From positions 107,749-156,658 of the forward strand of contig PS015013.1 of NCBI GenBank assembly GCA_048213135.1: DNA of 48,910 nucleotides, read 5' to 3'. Positions 33,201-48,910 of this stretch are shown piece by piece (the first letter of the stretch is position 1; each line of letters opens with the position of its first letter). The translations under genes and the position numbers were made by a program. This stretch comes from Reclinomonas americana ATCC 50394 (Eukaryota). The notes beneath the pieces are model-generated. The model had not been told where the DNA came from. It saw only the letters and a list, made by a program, of their open reading frames with translations, and ran no database searches.

Positions 33201-36200
33201 TACTCGAACCACTTTGTGGCGCTGGTCGCTCGCGCTCCCGGCTTCAAGGACACGAACTTCCCGTGCCTGACCGCCAAGTTCGAGCTGGTGGCCACGATTG
33301 CGCCGCGTTGCGCCACCATCAGCCGTCGCTCTGCGTCGACAGTGGTGTCTGGTGAGGGAGCGAAAGTGAGAGTGCCTGCGTACCATCGCGATCTCACGCA
33401 CTGTGTGATGCAGGTCTCGCCGACAAGATCTCCGATCCGAAGCTCAAGGGCGTTCCCGGCCGCTGCCTGATGGCACTGTCGGAAGCCGTGACGCCGCGCT
33501 ACGTGGCCGGAGTACTGCTGCGCAATGTCGATGGAGCCAAGTGCGTACGCAACTCGGTCAAGTGAGCGAAATGCCGGTGACTCACTTTGATTTCGTCGCA
33601 GGAACCCCAAGGTCATTTCGTCGGCATTAGAGTGGCTCAACGAGGCGCTGGACGACTTCACGCCCGCCATGTTCGACATCCGCACCTTGATTGACACGAC
33701 CAAGAAGTGTCTCATTGAGCAGACAAACCCGGCGGTCAAGGCCGCCTGCATTGCCATTGTGGGCACGCTGCGCAAGTTGCGTCTGAGACACACACACACA
33801 TTCATGTTGATGATTACCGGTGTCGTGCGTGCTCATGCGAGGCTCGTCGACAGGCATCTCGGTCCGCCAGTGGCCGATTTCTTTGCGGGCCTCCCTGCTG
33901 CGCAGCAGCAAGTCGTCGATCGCGAAATTGCGCGCATTGCCGAGGAGTTCCCCACGCCGCTCGCTCTGGCCGGTGAAGGACCGAAGCGATCTGTGCATGC
34001 TCCGGGTGCGGAGAATGTGGTGCTCGGCGGAGCAGGAGGTGAGATTCCGAGCAGTGCTCGTTGCTTCGCACTGCTTGTCACTCACCGCTGACTCTTGCAG
34101 GTGACTTGCTTCCTCGCAACGATATCACGAACGAGATCAAGGCTCGCACGCTCGCCATTATTGTGGAGGAGAAGGAGAAGTGGCAAGACCGCGTGGCGGC
34201 CTTGAAGGAGATCGAGGGCATCTTCAACGCCGCCGGCAACCGCATTTGCGGCAGCATTGGCGAACTCGTGCGCTCCATCAAGCGCTGCCTCAGCGCCAAG
34301 AACCTCAATGTGGTCTCCTCGTCGCTCCAGCTACTGGCGTTGACGGTGACGGCCTACGGTCCCGACTTTGACAAGTACGTCAAGGTGGTGCTGGGTGCGA
34401 CGATGCAGAAGCTGGGTGACGCCAAGACACACATTCGTGCGGCCGCTCTGGCCGTTGTGGATGCGTGCGCCGCCGAAGTGCAGTTTGACCATTTGGTACG
34501 TGGTGGGGTGAGATGAGTTTTCTGTTGTTGCACGACGGCTGACACGGGAGGGTGATGCAGATTGCCGATGCCGCCGCCAGCTTGGCCAACGAGTCGCCAG
34601 TGTTGCGAGTCGAGCTGTGCCAGTTCTTGCTGAAGAACATGCAGGCACTGTACTCGGAGCACGTGCAGCTGGGCCCACTGGTGAAGCCAGTTATCAATCT
34701 GTTGTCGGTGCGTCACACTCTTGTCGTCGAGTCGCTAAAGATGGCGAGCTGTCGCAAATCTGTTGACAATGAGTGTGTGTGCGCGCACGCAGGATCGCTC
34801 CCCCGACGTGCGCCGTGTGGGCAGCGAGCTCATGGTGCCAATCATTCACCGTGTTGGCGTCGAGTCCGTCCGCCGTGCTGTGCGCGACCTGAAGACCGCC
34901 GTGCAGCAGTTGGTGTCGCCGGTGGTGGAGCGCTGTGCGTCACAGCCTGTTCCCGACGGCATCATGCTGCCGACGCACTCGGATGCCGACCACTCGGCGG
35001 CCACCCCGTCGTCGGCGTCGTCTTCGCACACATCGTCAAGCGTCACCACCACAACAACGACCACCACTACTGCGCCGACTGCGACACTGGGCAAGTCCAC
35101 TGCCGCCGACTCGGACAAGGAGAATCGTCCAAACACAGCCGGCAGCATGTCGGCCACTGGCTCGGTGACTGCGCGTGGCAGCGGAGGCGCAGCACGTGGT
35201 GCTCGTCCGGTGAGTGTGTTCTGTTCCGTCGTGCAGTTTGTGTGTCTCTAGTTGGCCAGACCATAGACAGCGCATTGTCTTTTGCTTCTCCTATTCGCCG
35301 TCTGTCACACTCGTGTTCACATTGCTCTGTGTATGTGTGTGTATGTGTGTTTGTGCTCTTTTTGTGTTTTCCCCTTGTAATCGACCAGATGAAGGGCCTT
35401 AACAACGTGTGCCCACCGTCGTCCACGCAGGCTCCTGCCCGAAAGGCATCGGCACCGAACGTGGGCACGTCGGCGGCCATTGAGAAGGCGGCGGCTTTCA
35501 AGGCCAATGATCAAAAGGTGAGCGATCGATCATCGCCGTGTGCGCCCCTGCACGGCATTCCTCCTCATGCTGGTGTTGTGCAGGAAGCACGCGCTCGCCG
35601 TGAGCGCAAGATCAAGTGGCAGTTTGAGGAGCCGCGCCCCGAGTTTGTCGGTGTGTATGTGTGCTGTTTGTGCTGCCGTCAATCGTCACAACTTGCTGAA
35701 TGCGAAACAACAACAACAACAACAATAACAACACAGAGATGCTGCGTGAACAACTGACCGCCTGCGTGAGCGAAGGAATTCTCGGCAAGATGATGTCGAA
35801 CGATTTCAAGCTGCACGTTGAGGCGCTGGCAGACATGCAGGCGTCACTCACGACCCAAGCAGAGGAGGTCATCCAGTCGCTGGACGCCATTCTCAAGTGG
35901 TGCTCCCTGCGCATGTTTGACTCGAACACGACGCCGGTGATGAAGACGATTGAGTTTGTGTCGGCCCTGTTTGCCATGCTGGCACAACACCAGTTGCGTC
36001 TGCGAGGATGCGCACAACGAGCACGAAGCCGCCTTTCTTGCCTCTGACTCATTCTGCGATCGCCACGCAGATATGTGCTGTCGGAGTTCGAGAGCTACTT
36101 GTTCCTGCCGTTCTTCATTGACCGCCTTGGTTCCAACAATGCACACGTTCGCGCTGCCATGAAGGAGCTTGTCAAGGTGTGAACACGGCACTGAGTATGC

Positions 36201-39200
36201 GTTAGCCGTGCAAAGTAATTCTGACCCATCTCTGCTCAGCTGTCGCATGACGTCTGCAACACGTTCCGTCTGTTCACCTACATCATGCGCGGATTGGAGA
36301 GCAAGAACTCCAAGACGCGTGCCGATTGTATCGAGGAGGCCACTGTCATGGCCCAGAAGTACGGTTTGGCGGGCGTGGCGCAGAATCCGGAGCGCGTCCT
36401 GCGTTCGGTCACCGCCAACCTCAAGGATCGCGACAACAACGTGCGACAAGTCACGCTTGCGTTCACCGAAATCGCCTATGCGCAGCTCGGTATGTTGGAC
36501 GCGCACACTTCACTCTCCCGCTGTTGTCTCTAAAACAGTGCGTGCCACCAACGCAGGCGAGGACATGTGGCGGTCATTGAAGGCGCTGCCGGATCCACAC
36601 AAGGCCATGATCGAGGAGCGTCTCAAGTACTCGCATGTGGTGCCGGGCTCGATGGCCAGTGGCGCACAAGCAGCACAGGCGGCCGATGAAGACACGGCTC
36701 AGTCGGGCTCGCTGTTCTCTTCCGACGACGAGGACGACGATGGCGAGGCGGAGGAGCAACCGACCCGCGGCTTTGGCGGTGCAGCTGCTCGTCTGCCGGC
36801 GGCGGCTCGCGGTTTGCCCGGCAGTGTGCTGGCGCAGCACATTCGTGCGCAGTCCACCGAGTCGCACGACTCATTCGGCAGCAGCCTGGCCGATCACGCC
36901 CCAGCTCACGTTGCCATGGGTCCGCCGGCGCCAGTGTCGTCGATGCATGCAGTGTCGCGGTCGATTGGCTCGACTCCTGTCAGTCAGTCGGGAGACGAGG
37001 TGATGCACCCGATGGGACCACCGGTGCCGGTGATGCAGCAGCAGTCGTCGCAGCCGGCACTGCGGCGTGTCGACGAAACCCCACAAGTTCCCTCGCGCCG
37101 TGCCTTTACTCCGCAGTTTGACGAGGCACCGACTCCGCAGTTGCCGTATCGCGCAGCCAAGTGCGTCAACATGTGTTTTGTCGTTCGTGGCGAGGTCACT
37201 CTTGCTCACCCACTGGGGTTTTATGACACAGTTTGGTGGGTCTTCGCGTGGTCGAGGAGGATCGCAGTCCGGTCGACTTGATCAGCGAGTTGATGAGCAG
37301 CACCGACGACGACGCCGTGGTGGAGAGTCTGCGACGAGTGTGCAACAAGCTCAACTCGGAGGAGCAGTCGATCTTGCCTGTGGTGCAGCAGCTGGTCAAC
37401 GCGTTGACCTTGCAGCTCCAGCGCGGATTCTCGAGCACCCGCGACTTCCCGCAGCGCATGTGCAAGTACGCGCTGAATACGCTCATGCAATTGTTCTCGC
37501 GCAAGACGATTGCGGCGGCGGTCACCAGCGAGTCGCAGAGTGCCCTGGTGCACGAGTTGCTCAAGGTAATTGCGGTTTCACTGCCAGTTCCTCCCTTTAC
37601 TCTATAGTCTGTCAGTCTGACCCCACGCCCTGCAGCGTCTGCTGGACCCGAATCTCACGGACCTGCCCGATGGCCAGACGCTTCTGCGCGGCCTCAACAC
37701 GCTGATGCACAAGTTGTTGGAGAACAGCGACCCGAATATTTCATTCGGCACGCTGTTCGGCATCCTCAGCTCGTGCCTTAACGAGCACCTGCATACCAAC
37801 GACGGCAACGGTGACGCTGAGTCGCCGGAGAACAAGACCATCGAGTTGCTGGCCAAGTGCATTCTGCGCATGACCAAGAGCATCCGCCAGACCGACCGTG
37901 GAGTCGATCTGGCGGCCATTCTCAAGCAGCTGCACGCGTTCTTTGTCGCCCACCCGCCACACACGATCAAGAACCGCTACAATGACCTGCCGATCCGCAC
38001 GGCCAAGACCGTGATCAACGAGCTGGTGCGGTGTCACGGTACACGCGTTCTGGAAGTGTGCGACGGTTTGCTGGCTGCCAGCGAGCTGGAGCACTCTGAC
38101 GAGGAACCCATTATTCGCCAATACGTCGACATGATGATCCGCAACAATGCTACTCGGCACGGCTCTGGTGGTGCGTGCGCGTTCTTGTCATTATCTCTCA
38201 CTAGATGGTGTGCTGACCGACGCCTGCGCTGCTCCACAGATTCGTCGGCCTCGTCATCCTCCGACAGGCCGCCATTAGCGTCTGCCGGCAGCTCTGGTAG
38301 CATCACCGGCACCGCCGTGTCGACCATGCCGACTGCCAACGGCGATGGGCGACCAACGACGGCGCCAGCGCGCATCGACGACACTGCTGCGGCTGGTTTG
38401 CCGGCGCAGGAAGACGGTGCGACCGACGGTGACGATGCAATCTCTGCTGCGCAACAGGACGCACAGCAGCAGAATTCGTCGCAGCCGGGCAAGGTGCTGA
38501 CGCCCAACAAGCGTTTGGCTGACATTTTCCGCAAGGTCGGCAACAAGAACACCACCCGCGAGGGACTGCGTGACTTGCACGCATTCCGCCTCGACAACCC
38601 AGACGCCAACCTCAATCCTTTCCTGGAGAAGATGTCCAAGCCCTTCCAGCAGTACATTTGGAGGAACTTGGAGAAGTTGGAGAAGGTCTCGGAAGACCGC
38701 CGCAATCGCTCGAGCATCATTGCTTCGGGTGACGGTGGTGACGTGTCGTCGCCGTCTGCCGCCGGCCCCATGCCCGCTGCATCCGCGCTGCCACCAGCAC
38801 CGGGACCCGCGTCATTTACGCCATCACGCACGTTGCCGTCGAGACCGTCGACGGCGAGCGCTGCGGCCCCGCCAATGCGCACATCGGCCGCCGAACTGGC
38901 CGAGATCAAGAACCGCCTCGACAGCCTGCGGCAGAACAAGCGTTGCGTGAATGCGGGAAGCGCATGAAAAAAATTGTTTGTTCGTGCACTCACTGTGCCG
39001 TGTTCTGTATGTACAACAGCCACGAGCCAGTCGGTGGCCCTGGATCCACCAGTGTCGTCAGTGATGGCCGCGAACGCCAATGCCAACGCGGCCAGTGCTG
39101 CTGCCTCCATTGGCTCACCGGCCGTCGATTCCAGTGCCGTGCTCGAGCGTTCGCGCCGGCTCTTGATGAAGTTGGCCGAGTCGCAACAGCAACACCAGCG

Positions 39201-39444
39201 TCCAGGCTCAACCTCACCATCACCGGCAACGTCGGTGGCGTCGGAGGATGGAATGGGTTCGGCACCGAACTCGCGACCGTCGTCGGCACTCGGTGCCGCG
39301 TCGCCCATTCCGCGAAATCCGTCGCCAGTGTCGATGCACTCGATGGCCAGCCTGGATGAGCAGACTCCGGCGTCCCCGGACCCGACCAAGAGCAAGCCGT
39401 CGTTGGCCGATATCAAGGCCCGACTGGCACGGTTCCGCAAGTGA
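30269..39444 (+). CDS. CKAP5: Microtubule polymerase, XMAP215/ch-TOG/Dis1 family (multiple TOG domains); one exon (30814-31196) assembled inverted
   Basis: TOG HEAT signatures SKNWRTR, AKKWSDKK, SKQFKER, EKWQDR, SNDFK; GFKDTNF; KWQFEEPR; LDAILKW; C-terminal LADIFRKVGNKNTTREGLRDL..NPFLEKMSKPFQQYI; TGA at 39444. Confidence 0.93.
35706..35733. repeat. (AAC)n intronic microsatellite
   Basis: Directly visible, immediately upstream of an XMAP215 acceptor. Confidence 0.85.
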
Positions 39445-39943
39445 GCGAGACGAAAGGGAGGGAGGGAGTGAGTGTTAATGTTTCAATGGTTTGGGGCTTT
39501 TTTGCGGATGGTCGCATCGAATGTGGATGCAGCAGCGTGTTGGACGCGCGGCGTGCATTCTTGTATCGCACCTGAAGTATGGGAGAGTGTACACACGCGA
39601 TGGTTGCCTGGAAACGCGACAACGAGGCGCAAAGTTGTGATTTCACGACGTTTTACGAAGCCTCACGCGACTACTACTTTCGGTTGTATGCACAATAGGA
39701 CGAGGGATTCTTGACAGAGAAAAGGGAGGAGCGAAGACGAGTAGGAGCAAAGCACACACACACACAGAACAGGAAACAAATGCATACATATTTTTGTGGC
39801 AACATGGACAAGCAGACGGACAAGGCGACAGGCAGACAGGAGAGATGCACCATGCAACACAGTTGTGCATGTTCATCCTCCAGTCCCGCCGCCGCCCTTG
39901 CCGCATCGGCCCCACACCCCGTGATAGCAGAACGAATTCCGCT

Positions 39944-42547
<2,604 letters not shown>

Positions 42548-43000
42548 GAGGTGAGCGACACAGCGACAGCGTGCCGGTTGAGCGGCCGGATCACTGAATG
42601 TAAATGAAGGGAATTGAGAGTTGACTCCAACGAGGCCTGCCGGTGCACAGGTTCTCCGGGTGCGAAAGAATACGCGGAGGGATGCGGCATAGGTGGATCT
42701 GCCGCGATCGTGTCGGAAGATTGCAAGTTGGCGTCAATTTTTGCAGTTGTTTCCGGACCCGGCTTTCCCAGCTCGCCGACTGGCTGGCTGGCCTTCCACC
42801 CCAAGCTTCTACGCTCTACGATACAACTGTTACCTCTAAGAGCGCTCTCGTCATCCTGTGAGTATTTTCTGTGCTTGTAGTTGTTGTTTGTATTTCACAT
42901 GAACAGGATTCCTTCTTGCTTCTCTCTCGTACATCAACGCACAGTGCGTGCGGGTCATTGGCTAACGCACTGGCGGATCTCTCTCTCTTTCCTGTGACAC

Positions 43001-45684
43001 TCACGGGGCATCAAAGTCCACGTGGCGATAGTTTGGATCCAGCACTTGAATGCGGAAACCGTTGTCCACGACACCCTTCGCGTGCTGCAAGTCCACATTG
43101 CCGGCGTTGGCCTGCAGAGAGGTCAGTAAATCAACAGTGCATGCTAGAAGCGAGTTGCACCTAAGTCTCATACCAGTTGCAGCACGGCCAAAAAGGTGCG
43201 CGCCACCTCAAATCGTGGTGGTGGTCGCTCGTCTTCGTCGCTCCGTACCGCCTCGGCAAAACCAACACCGCGCTCTGCGAACAGGCGTCAGTCAAGTCGA
43301 TCGCGAGAGAACAGCTTGCGTATAAAGTGCTCGCACTCAACTCTCTGCGCCCTTGCCAGACAGTGTGCCGAGCACGCGTGAGCCGTACTGCTCAATGGCG
43401 AATGGATCGTGCGTCTCTTCCTCGTCAATCCGCTCCCGAATGTAGCGCTGCCAGCTGTTTACCCGCTGCGTCAGCTGCGTTTCCACGGCGTACTTTTCGG
43501 CCTCGGACATGTATGCGGCCTGCGACAGCCAACAAAGTGAGCACAAAAAGAGTGCACATTGTCAACCCGTGCACGACACGCAACGACATGCTTGCGACAT
43601 AGTTGCTCGTATGTGATGCTGCCCATGTCGCCCATGTCGTCGTGGCCACTTCCGTGCAACTGTTGCCATGCTCGAGCACGTCCCATCTGCCAGCAACACA
43701 TCAGATACTGTGGTCTTGCTTCGTGTTCATCTGTGTGCACACACGCACCGACTGCGATCCTGCCTCGTCCATCTGGAATTCGGCATCCCAGTCCTCAAAT
43801 CCCGACGCTCCACCACTCTGCTTCTCCAAATCGCCCGCGGCTGCGCCTGCTGCCTTCTCACCCCAGTACACCTCTGCTGCATCCATGTCACCACCGCCAC
43901 CACCGTAGTCGTAGTCGTCCACGTCGTCGTACTCGTCGTCGTCGTCAAAGTCGGACTGCGCCACAATCACACCAAATGGATTGACGCCAGCGTTCTCCTT
44001 GCCACCCTGTTTTTTCCCCTCATTGTTAGCACTGGCGACAAACATATGCACGCTGGAGAAGTGTACGAAACCTGGACGATTCGCATCTGTGGTCGCCGAA
44101 GCTGCTTCCACGCCGTATTCCTCCGCTTCCGTTCCCTCGTCCACCACTCGGTCGGCAAATTCAGCACCTGGGAATATGCGGGTGAGCTTGCGCGGCGCAC
44201 GAACGAGAAAGACTGTCGTGCGAGTGCGCAACGTTGGAGTACAACGGGAGGCCCTTGCCCGAATTGCTGGTGACACTCATCACCGCCGCATGGGCCTTTT
44301 GCAGCTCACGCAGTGGGTTCACGTTGACGGCGGAGATGCCCACAATCGACGCCACTGCAATCGCCGGTGTTACAGTGGGAATTCGTGTGGTACTCTTCTT
44401 GCCCAGCGGCTTCTCCGGCAGCGCCCCATCCTCCAAGCTATCATACAACACCACTTCGTCAGTGACTCAGCGCGTGCATCGTCGCTCTACAAACACACAC
44501 ACCTGTGCGGATCCAGTGGAGCCAGCACATCGATTTGCTCCTCCTCAGGTTCCTGCTTCCACGGCACCTCCATCATGGCCGGCATCTGCGCCAGCACTGG
44601 TGCACCGCCCGCTCGCTCGTCCACCTGGCTGGATGGCAACGCGGCATCCTCCTCTGCGAAACCGGCTTCCGGATAGTGATCGTCGTCGTCGTCGTCGTCA
44701 TGATCGGGGTAGTCGTCATCGTCGTCGTCGCTGCCGTCACGCGCCGCCGCCATTTCACCGGGCGCCACCGGTCGTGGCACGTTGCCGAGAAGTCGCGGGA
44801 AGAAGAGACCCATATCCGAAGGGTCGATCAGCAGCGCACCACTCTCGTGCATGGTTGACGAGCGCACACGCAGTCCATTCGAACCCGGCGACAAACTGCC
44901 GCCCGCATCGTTGCCCTGCGTGTGGTGATCAGCTCATGCGCGGGTCACAGCACCCAGTCACCACACGCCTTCACCTCTCGCAAAATTGCCACAGAGCTCG
45001 GTGTCACACTCCCAATGCCAGCCTCCGACGCCGTGCGCTTGCGTGACGCCAAGATCGATGAAGCGCGCAGACTAATGGCCGCGTCGGTGCTCACTGGAAT
45101 GTCGTCCAGTGGCAGAAACGCTACCTCGCCTGCGTGCGCAAGTTCGGCGTCATCCGCCTCGTCGGCCTCTCCTTCTCCATCACCACCTTTTCGCTGACTG
45201 CTCGCATGCGAATGAGGGCGAGAGGTGATCTACATAAGAACACAAGAAGACACTCACCGCTGATTGACCAAGAAGCTGAGCGTGCGGTTGACCAGCTGGT
45301 ACAACGACTCGATCTTCTTCGAGAGCGCCAGTGTGGATCCCTGAATGAGCAGAGCGGCTGCACGAAATGCATCATCAACATCATCATCATCATCATCAAC
45401 ACACGGTCTCCCTCTCTCGCACACACACCTTCCGCAAAGTTGATCTTTGTCAGCCCACCATCAAACGACACCACCACATGAGACAGCTCCTCGAGGTACT
45501 CCTCGAGTTGTGCGGCCACGTCGACCTTCCACGAGTCGGCCAACTCACTGACGATGTGATCGAATGAGTGATCGATGAGAGATCTCACTCCCAACCACCA
45601 ACACACTCACCGCAGTGGTTTGAGCAGCTCGGCAAACCGATGCTGCTGGCTCTGCTGTGATGAGGAGCCACCTTCGTCGTCCAT
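43001..45684 (-). CDS. NCAPH2: Condensin II kleisin subunit CAP-H2
   Basis: N-terminal RFAELLKPLRELADSWKVDVAAQLEEYL..INFAEAALLIQGS; C-terminal TYEQLCRKHV..HDPFAIEQYG..FEVARTFLAVLQLANAGNV. The 3' end is slightly uncertain because the TGA overlaps a GTGAGT. Confidence 0.9.
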
Positions 45685-45770
45685 TTCTCTCTCTTCTTTC
45701 TCTCTCTCCCGCCGCACAATCGTAACGGTCAGATTTCTCGGATCGATGAACTGCGAGCCTCAAAAACGCA
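45685..45770. promoter_or_regulatory. Putative compact bidirectional promoter (CAP-H2 / snurportin-1)
   Basis: Only 86 nt lie between the divergent ATGs at 45684 (-) and 45771 (+). Confidence 0.55.
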
Positions 45771-47998
45771 ATGTCTGAGGCAGCCGCTGCTCCGTCGCTG
45801 ACCGACGGAGATGGGAGTGGCAGTCGCGGACCGCGGCATGCACCCATCAAAGAGCTGATTCAGCGACGATGGTCACAGCGTCGACAGAAGCGGCAGAGTG
45901 ATTTTCTGCTGCGCCAAGAATCGGTTCCGTGTGCAGCTGGCCCCTCTCTCCCTCTCCCTCCTCTCTCTCTCTTTCTGTTGTGATCTCACATCCTTCGTTC
46001 TTTGTGTGAATGAGCAGCTGCGTGCAGCCAAGCTGGCCACTCTGCGACTGGATTACGGGTCGGAGTCGGAGGCTGAGAATGACGACGACGACGACGACGA
46101 CGACGATCGTGGAGGCGTGGGGCGTCGTCGCGGAGGAGGTTTCGTGTGGCATTCTATCCTCTGATCCTCATCCGTCCTCTCATCAGTGGTCTCCCTCCCG
46201 CAGGTCGTCGCCGAGGTGGTGGTGGAGGGCGGCGACACGCCAAGGTCTGCATGCGGTGCCATGTGTTGTCTCGCTTGTTTGTCTCACGTTGAGAGGGATG
46301 CAGGGCGCGGAAGAGGAGGGATGGATGGAAGTTGCTGCGGATGCAGAGGCCGAGGAGGAGGCTGAGGCGCCGGCTCGGGCTCGTCGTCGTGATCGGGAGC
46401 CCTTCATGTTGCCCGAGTGGCTCATCACGCCGCCGTCGGACCTGTGCAGCAGCCTGTCGTGGTTTGTACTGATGCGACCCGAGGGAACTCGTTGTTTTGT
46501 CACTGCGCGAGGCGGACGCACCGTGTCGCGCAAGAAAGACGGTGCGCGCGCGCGCGTGTGTCAGACTGGAGATATTGCTTGTGGGGGTGACTGACATGCT
46601 TCCCCTCCAGGTCGTGTGTTGCATCGCTTCCGAAGCAACTTGCCGGGTGGTGGGGGCGGTCCGATGCCGCTGCCTGGCCGACCGCTGCCACACAATCTCC
46701 AGTCGCTGCGCTTCTCGTCGTCGCCGACGGTTCTCGACTGTGTCTTTTGTCCGCACACCAATCAGTATCTGGTGCTCGATGTGCTGACGTGGCGCGGCAT
46801 GGAGGTGCACCAGTCGCCCTGTCAGTTCCGTTTTGCGTGGATGCAGAGTCACTTGGAGGACTTTTGGGCCGAGAATGCGACGGGAATGCCGCCGCCGACT
46901 ACGGGTGTCGACGTGCAGTCGCCACCGAGTCGCCGCTCCCGTCGTCCGACCATCACCTACTTTCCGGTTACACTTTTGCCGCGCGCAGTCGCCACACCCG
47001 AGTCGGTGACCATGGGTTGCGTGATCTCACTGCAATCTGTATGAACCCGCATCGTCGCCAACAAATGCTGACGCTGTTGTCGTGCAGCCTACACGGAGCA
47101 AGACTGTGGCTTTGTCAAGGACGGCCTGCTCTTCTACCATCGCTATGGCGTGTACACCGACGGCACCTCCCCACTGGTGCTGCTATGGAAGGATCCGGCC
47201 ACGTGCAGCTACTTTGACTCGGTTCGCCAGTCGCCGATTGTTGCGTTCACATTTGCTGCTTTGTTCATCCTCCTATCCCGTTCCACTCACGAACTCGTTA
47301 TACGGGAGCAGGAAGCGCGTCTGCAGATTGATGCCGATCTGCTGTTGGTGACGGGCGACCACCCGCCGGTTCCAGTGGTGCAGCTGACTGCCGAGCAATG
47401 TCCACAGTTGGCCACGCACGTTTATGAGCAGGAACAGATGCGTACGATGCAGCTCGGTGGGCGGGCGAGGCGGCGAAAGCCCAAGCCAGTGGAGCCTGGA
47501 GTGTTTTTGCGAGTCGGTATCGATGCAGCACTGGTGGCCGAGGCGGCGACAGCCATGGGCGCAACCGCAGGCGATGCACCACCGGCGGCGTGCATCGCTG
47601 CCGAGGCTCTCGTGTACGACAGCATACCGCAGGACCAAAAGTCGTTCCCCGACAGGTACGCCTCGTCACCACCGCGCACCGGGGAGTGGGGCGTATTCTC
47701 TCTCCCTCCTTGAACTAACACTTTCTTCGAGTGCAGCTGGAGCAAGATTGTGTTCCAGGCCATTTGCTGTGCGGGCGAAACAATACCAATTGACGAACTG
47801 GTCGCCTGCGTGGAGGCTCCACCACCGGAAGATGAGGTGGAGTGCGGTGCCCTCGCGCCGTCATGGATCGAGGCAGGGGATGCCGACGCAGGAGCGGCAG
47901 CAGAAGAAGAATCATCGCAGATGGTGGTGAGCGGTGCCTCTGCGGCCGCTCCCCTCGACGACTACGGAGCCGGCAGTGGCTCGTGGGGTCCCACCTGA
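45771..47998 (+). CDS. SNUPN: Snurportin-1 (m3G-cap snRNP import adaptor)
   Basis: Basic IBB-like N-terminus; FMLPEWL..W..RPEGTRC; FRSNLPGG; TVLDC; YLVLDVLTW; FRFAW; DGLLFYH..YTDGTSPLVLLWKD; DSWSKIVFQ. Confidence 0.9.
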
Positions 47999-48093
47999 GT
48001 AACATCACACGTACACGTACACATACACACAATAACTCATCCTCCGTTCCGCTTCATTGCCGTCCCCCGTGCGCCACACTTGCGCATCACGCC

Positions 48094-48725
48094 TCATTTC
48101 ATCTTGGCCGACACATACGAGCCAGACTCGGGCGCCGACGCAGACGCACCAGCCACCACAGCCGCTGCAGCAGGAGAGATGTGAGCGCCCACACATGCAC
48201 ACACACACACAAGCAAGAAGGGACGCACCGGGAGCATGCAAGGGAGCATCCAAATCACTGAGATGCGACTTGATGGTCGTCACACGCCGCCGCACTCCAC
48301 CCAGCGTATCCCGCACCCGCGATAGCCGCTGCCGTGTATTCGCCAGCGTCTGTGCACCCTCCACCAATCCCGGAAACTCGCAGCTCCCATCCACCGCACT
48401 CAACGCTGTGCACATCCTCAATCATCAATCACACACGCAATCACACACACGTGCGACTGCAAACAACGCAACTGGCCAGCAAGCTCTCCACGCGCTCCAT
48501 CAGATCACCCTGCGACTTGCCCAGTGACGACAGTCGCCCATCCAGCTGGTCAGTGATTGGCCTCAGCAGCGCCACAAAGCCCGCGGCCAGACGCGCACTC
48601 TCTCCACTGCCACTGGCCGCCTCACTGCTGCTGGTGGCAGTGTTGCTGGCACTGCTCTCCTCGTCACCGCTCTCGCGCTCTACTGCAGGCGGAGGAGGAA
48701 CCGCACTCGCCTCACCTTCTGACAT
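48094..48725 (-). CDS. Small coiled-coil protein, Snapin/pallidin (BLOC-1 subunit)-like
   Basis: LAAGFVALLRPITDQLDGRLSSLGKSQGDLMERVESL..LANTRQRLSRVRDTL resembles the Snapin/Pallidin pattern; 2 introns. Confidence 0.65.
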
Positions 48726-48910
48726 TGTGTGTAAGTGAGAGTGGTGAATTTTACGATGAAAAGCGTGCGTTTGTGTTTTGTTTTGTTGTGTTAGGCGCGT
48801 GTGCAACGACGTCCAGCGCGTCGCAGCACCGCGCGTGTTGTTATCATCATGGCTGCCGATCGTTCCAGCGAAGGTGTGTGTGTGTTTCAAGTTTTGCGAT
48901 GGCAATGAGG

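Noticed and set aside
42800-42870. U3 snoRNA-like box C'/B words on the - strand
   Set aside because: Boxes A, C and D are not found in the proper arrangement.
42995-43012. RNase MRP-like CACGGGGC word
   Set aside because: It overlaps the last CAP-H2 codons, and I saw no partner GAAAGUCCCC region.

Overview
Gene-dense, GC-rich eukaryotic (protist-like) genomic DNA. Introns are very numerous and short (mostly about 60-90 nt), and there are several N gaps. I spliced about 14 genes by hand, in order: an NB-ARC/STAND ATPase-TPR (NLR-like) protein; a small LRR protein; an ERMP1-like M28 peptidase; a PARP4-type BRCT-WGR-PARP; three adjacent orphan highly charged low-complexity proteins (A, B, C; likely secreted); a TMX-like thioredoxin/PDI; a GH31 alpha-glucosidase; XMAP215/ch-TOG; an NDR kinase; condensin II CAP-H2; snurportin-1; and a Snapin/pallidin-like protein. 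The main observations are: (1) a second, very common 5' splice-site register in which an extra T moves the conserved +5 G to +6 (GTTGCG, GTTGAGT, GTTTCGT, GTTCCGT, GTTGGGT); (2) 5-11 nt micro-exons inside conserved motifs; (3) an orphan matrix-like gene cluster with an all-phase-1 modular exon array and silaffin-like Ser/Gly/Lys/Arg tracts; (4) two gap-flanked segments that are inverted, most likely assembly errors. Family calls come from motif recognition only; no database searches were run and I could not identify the organism.
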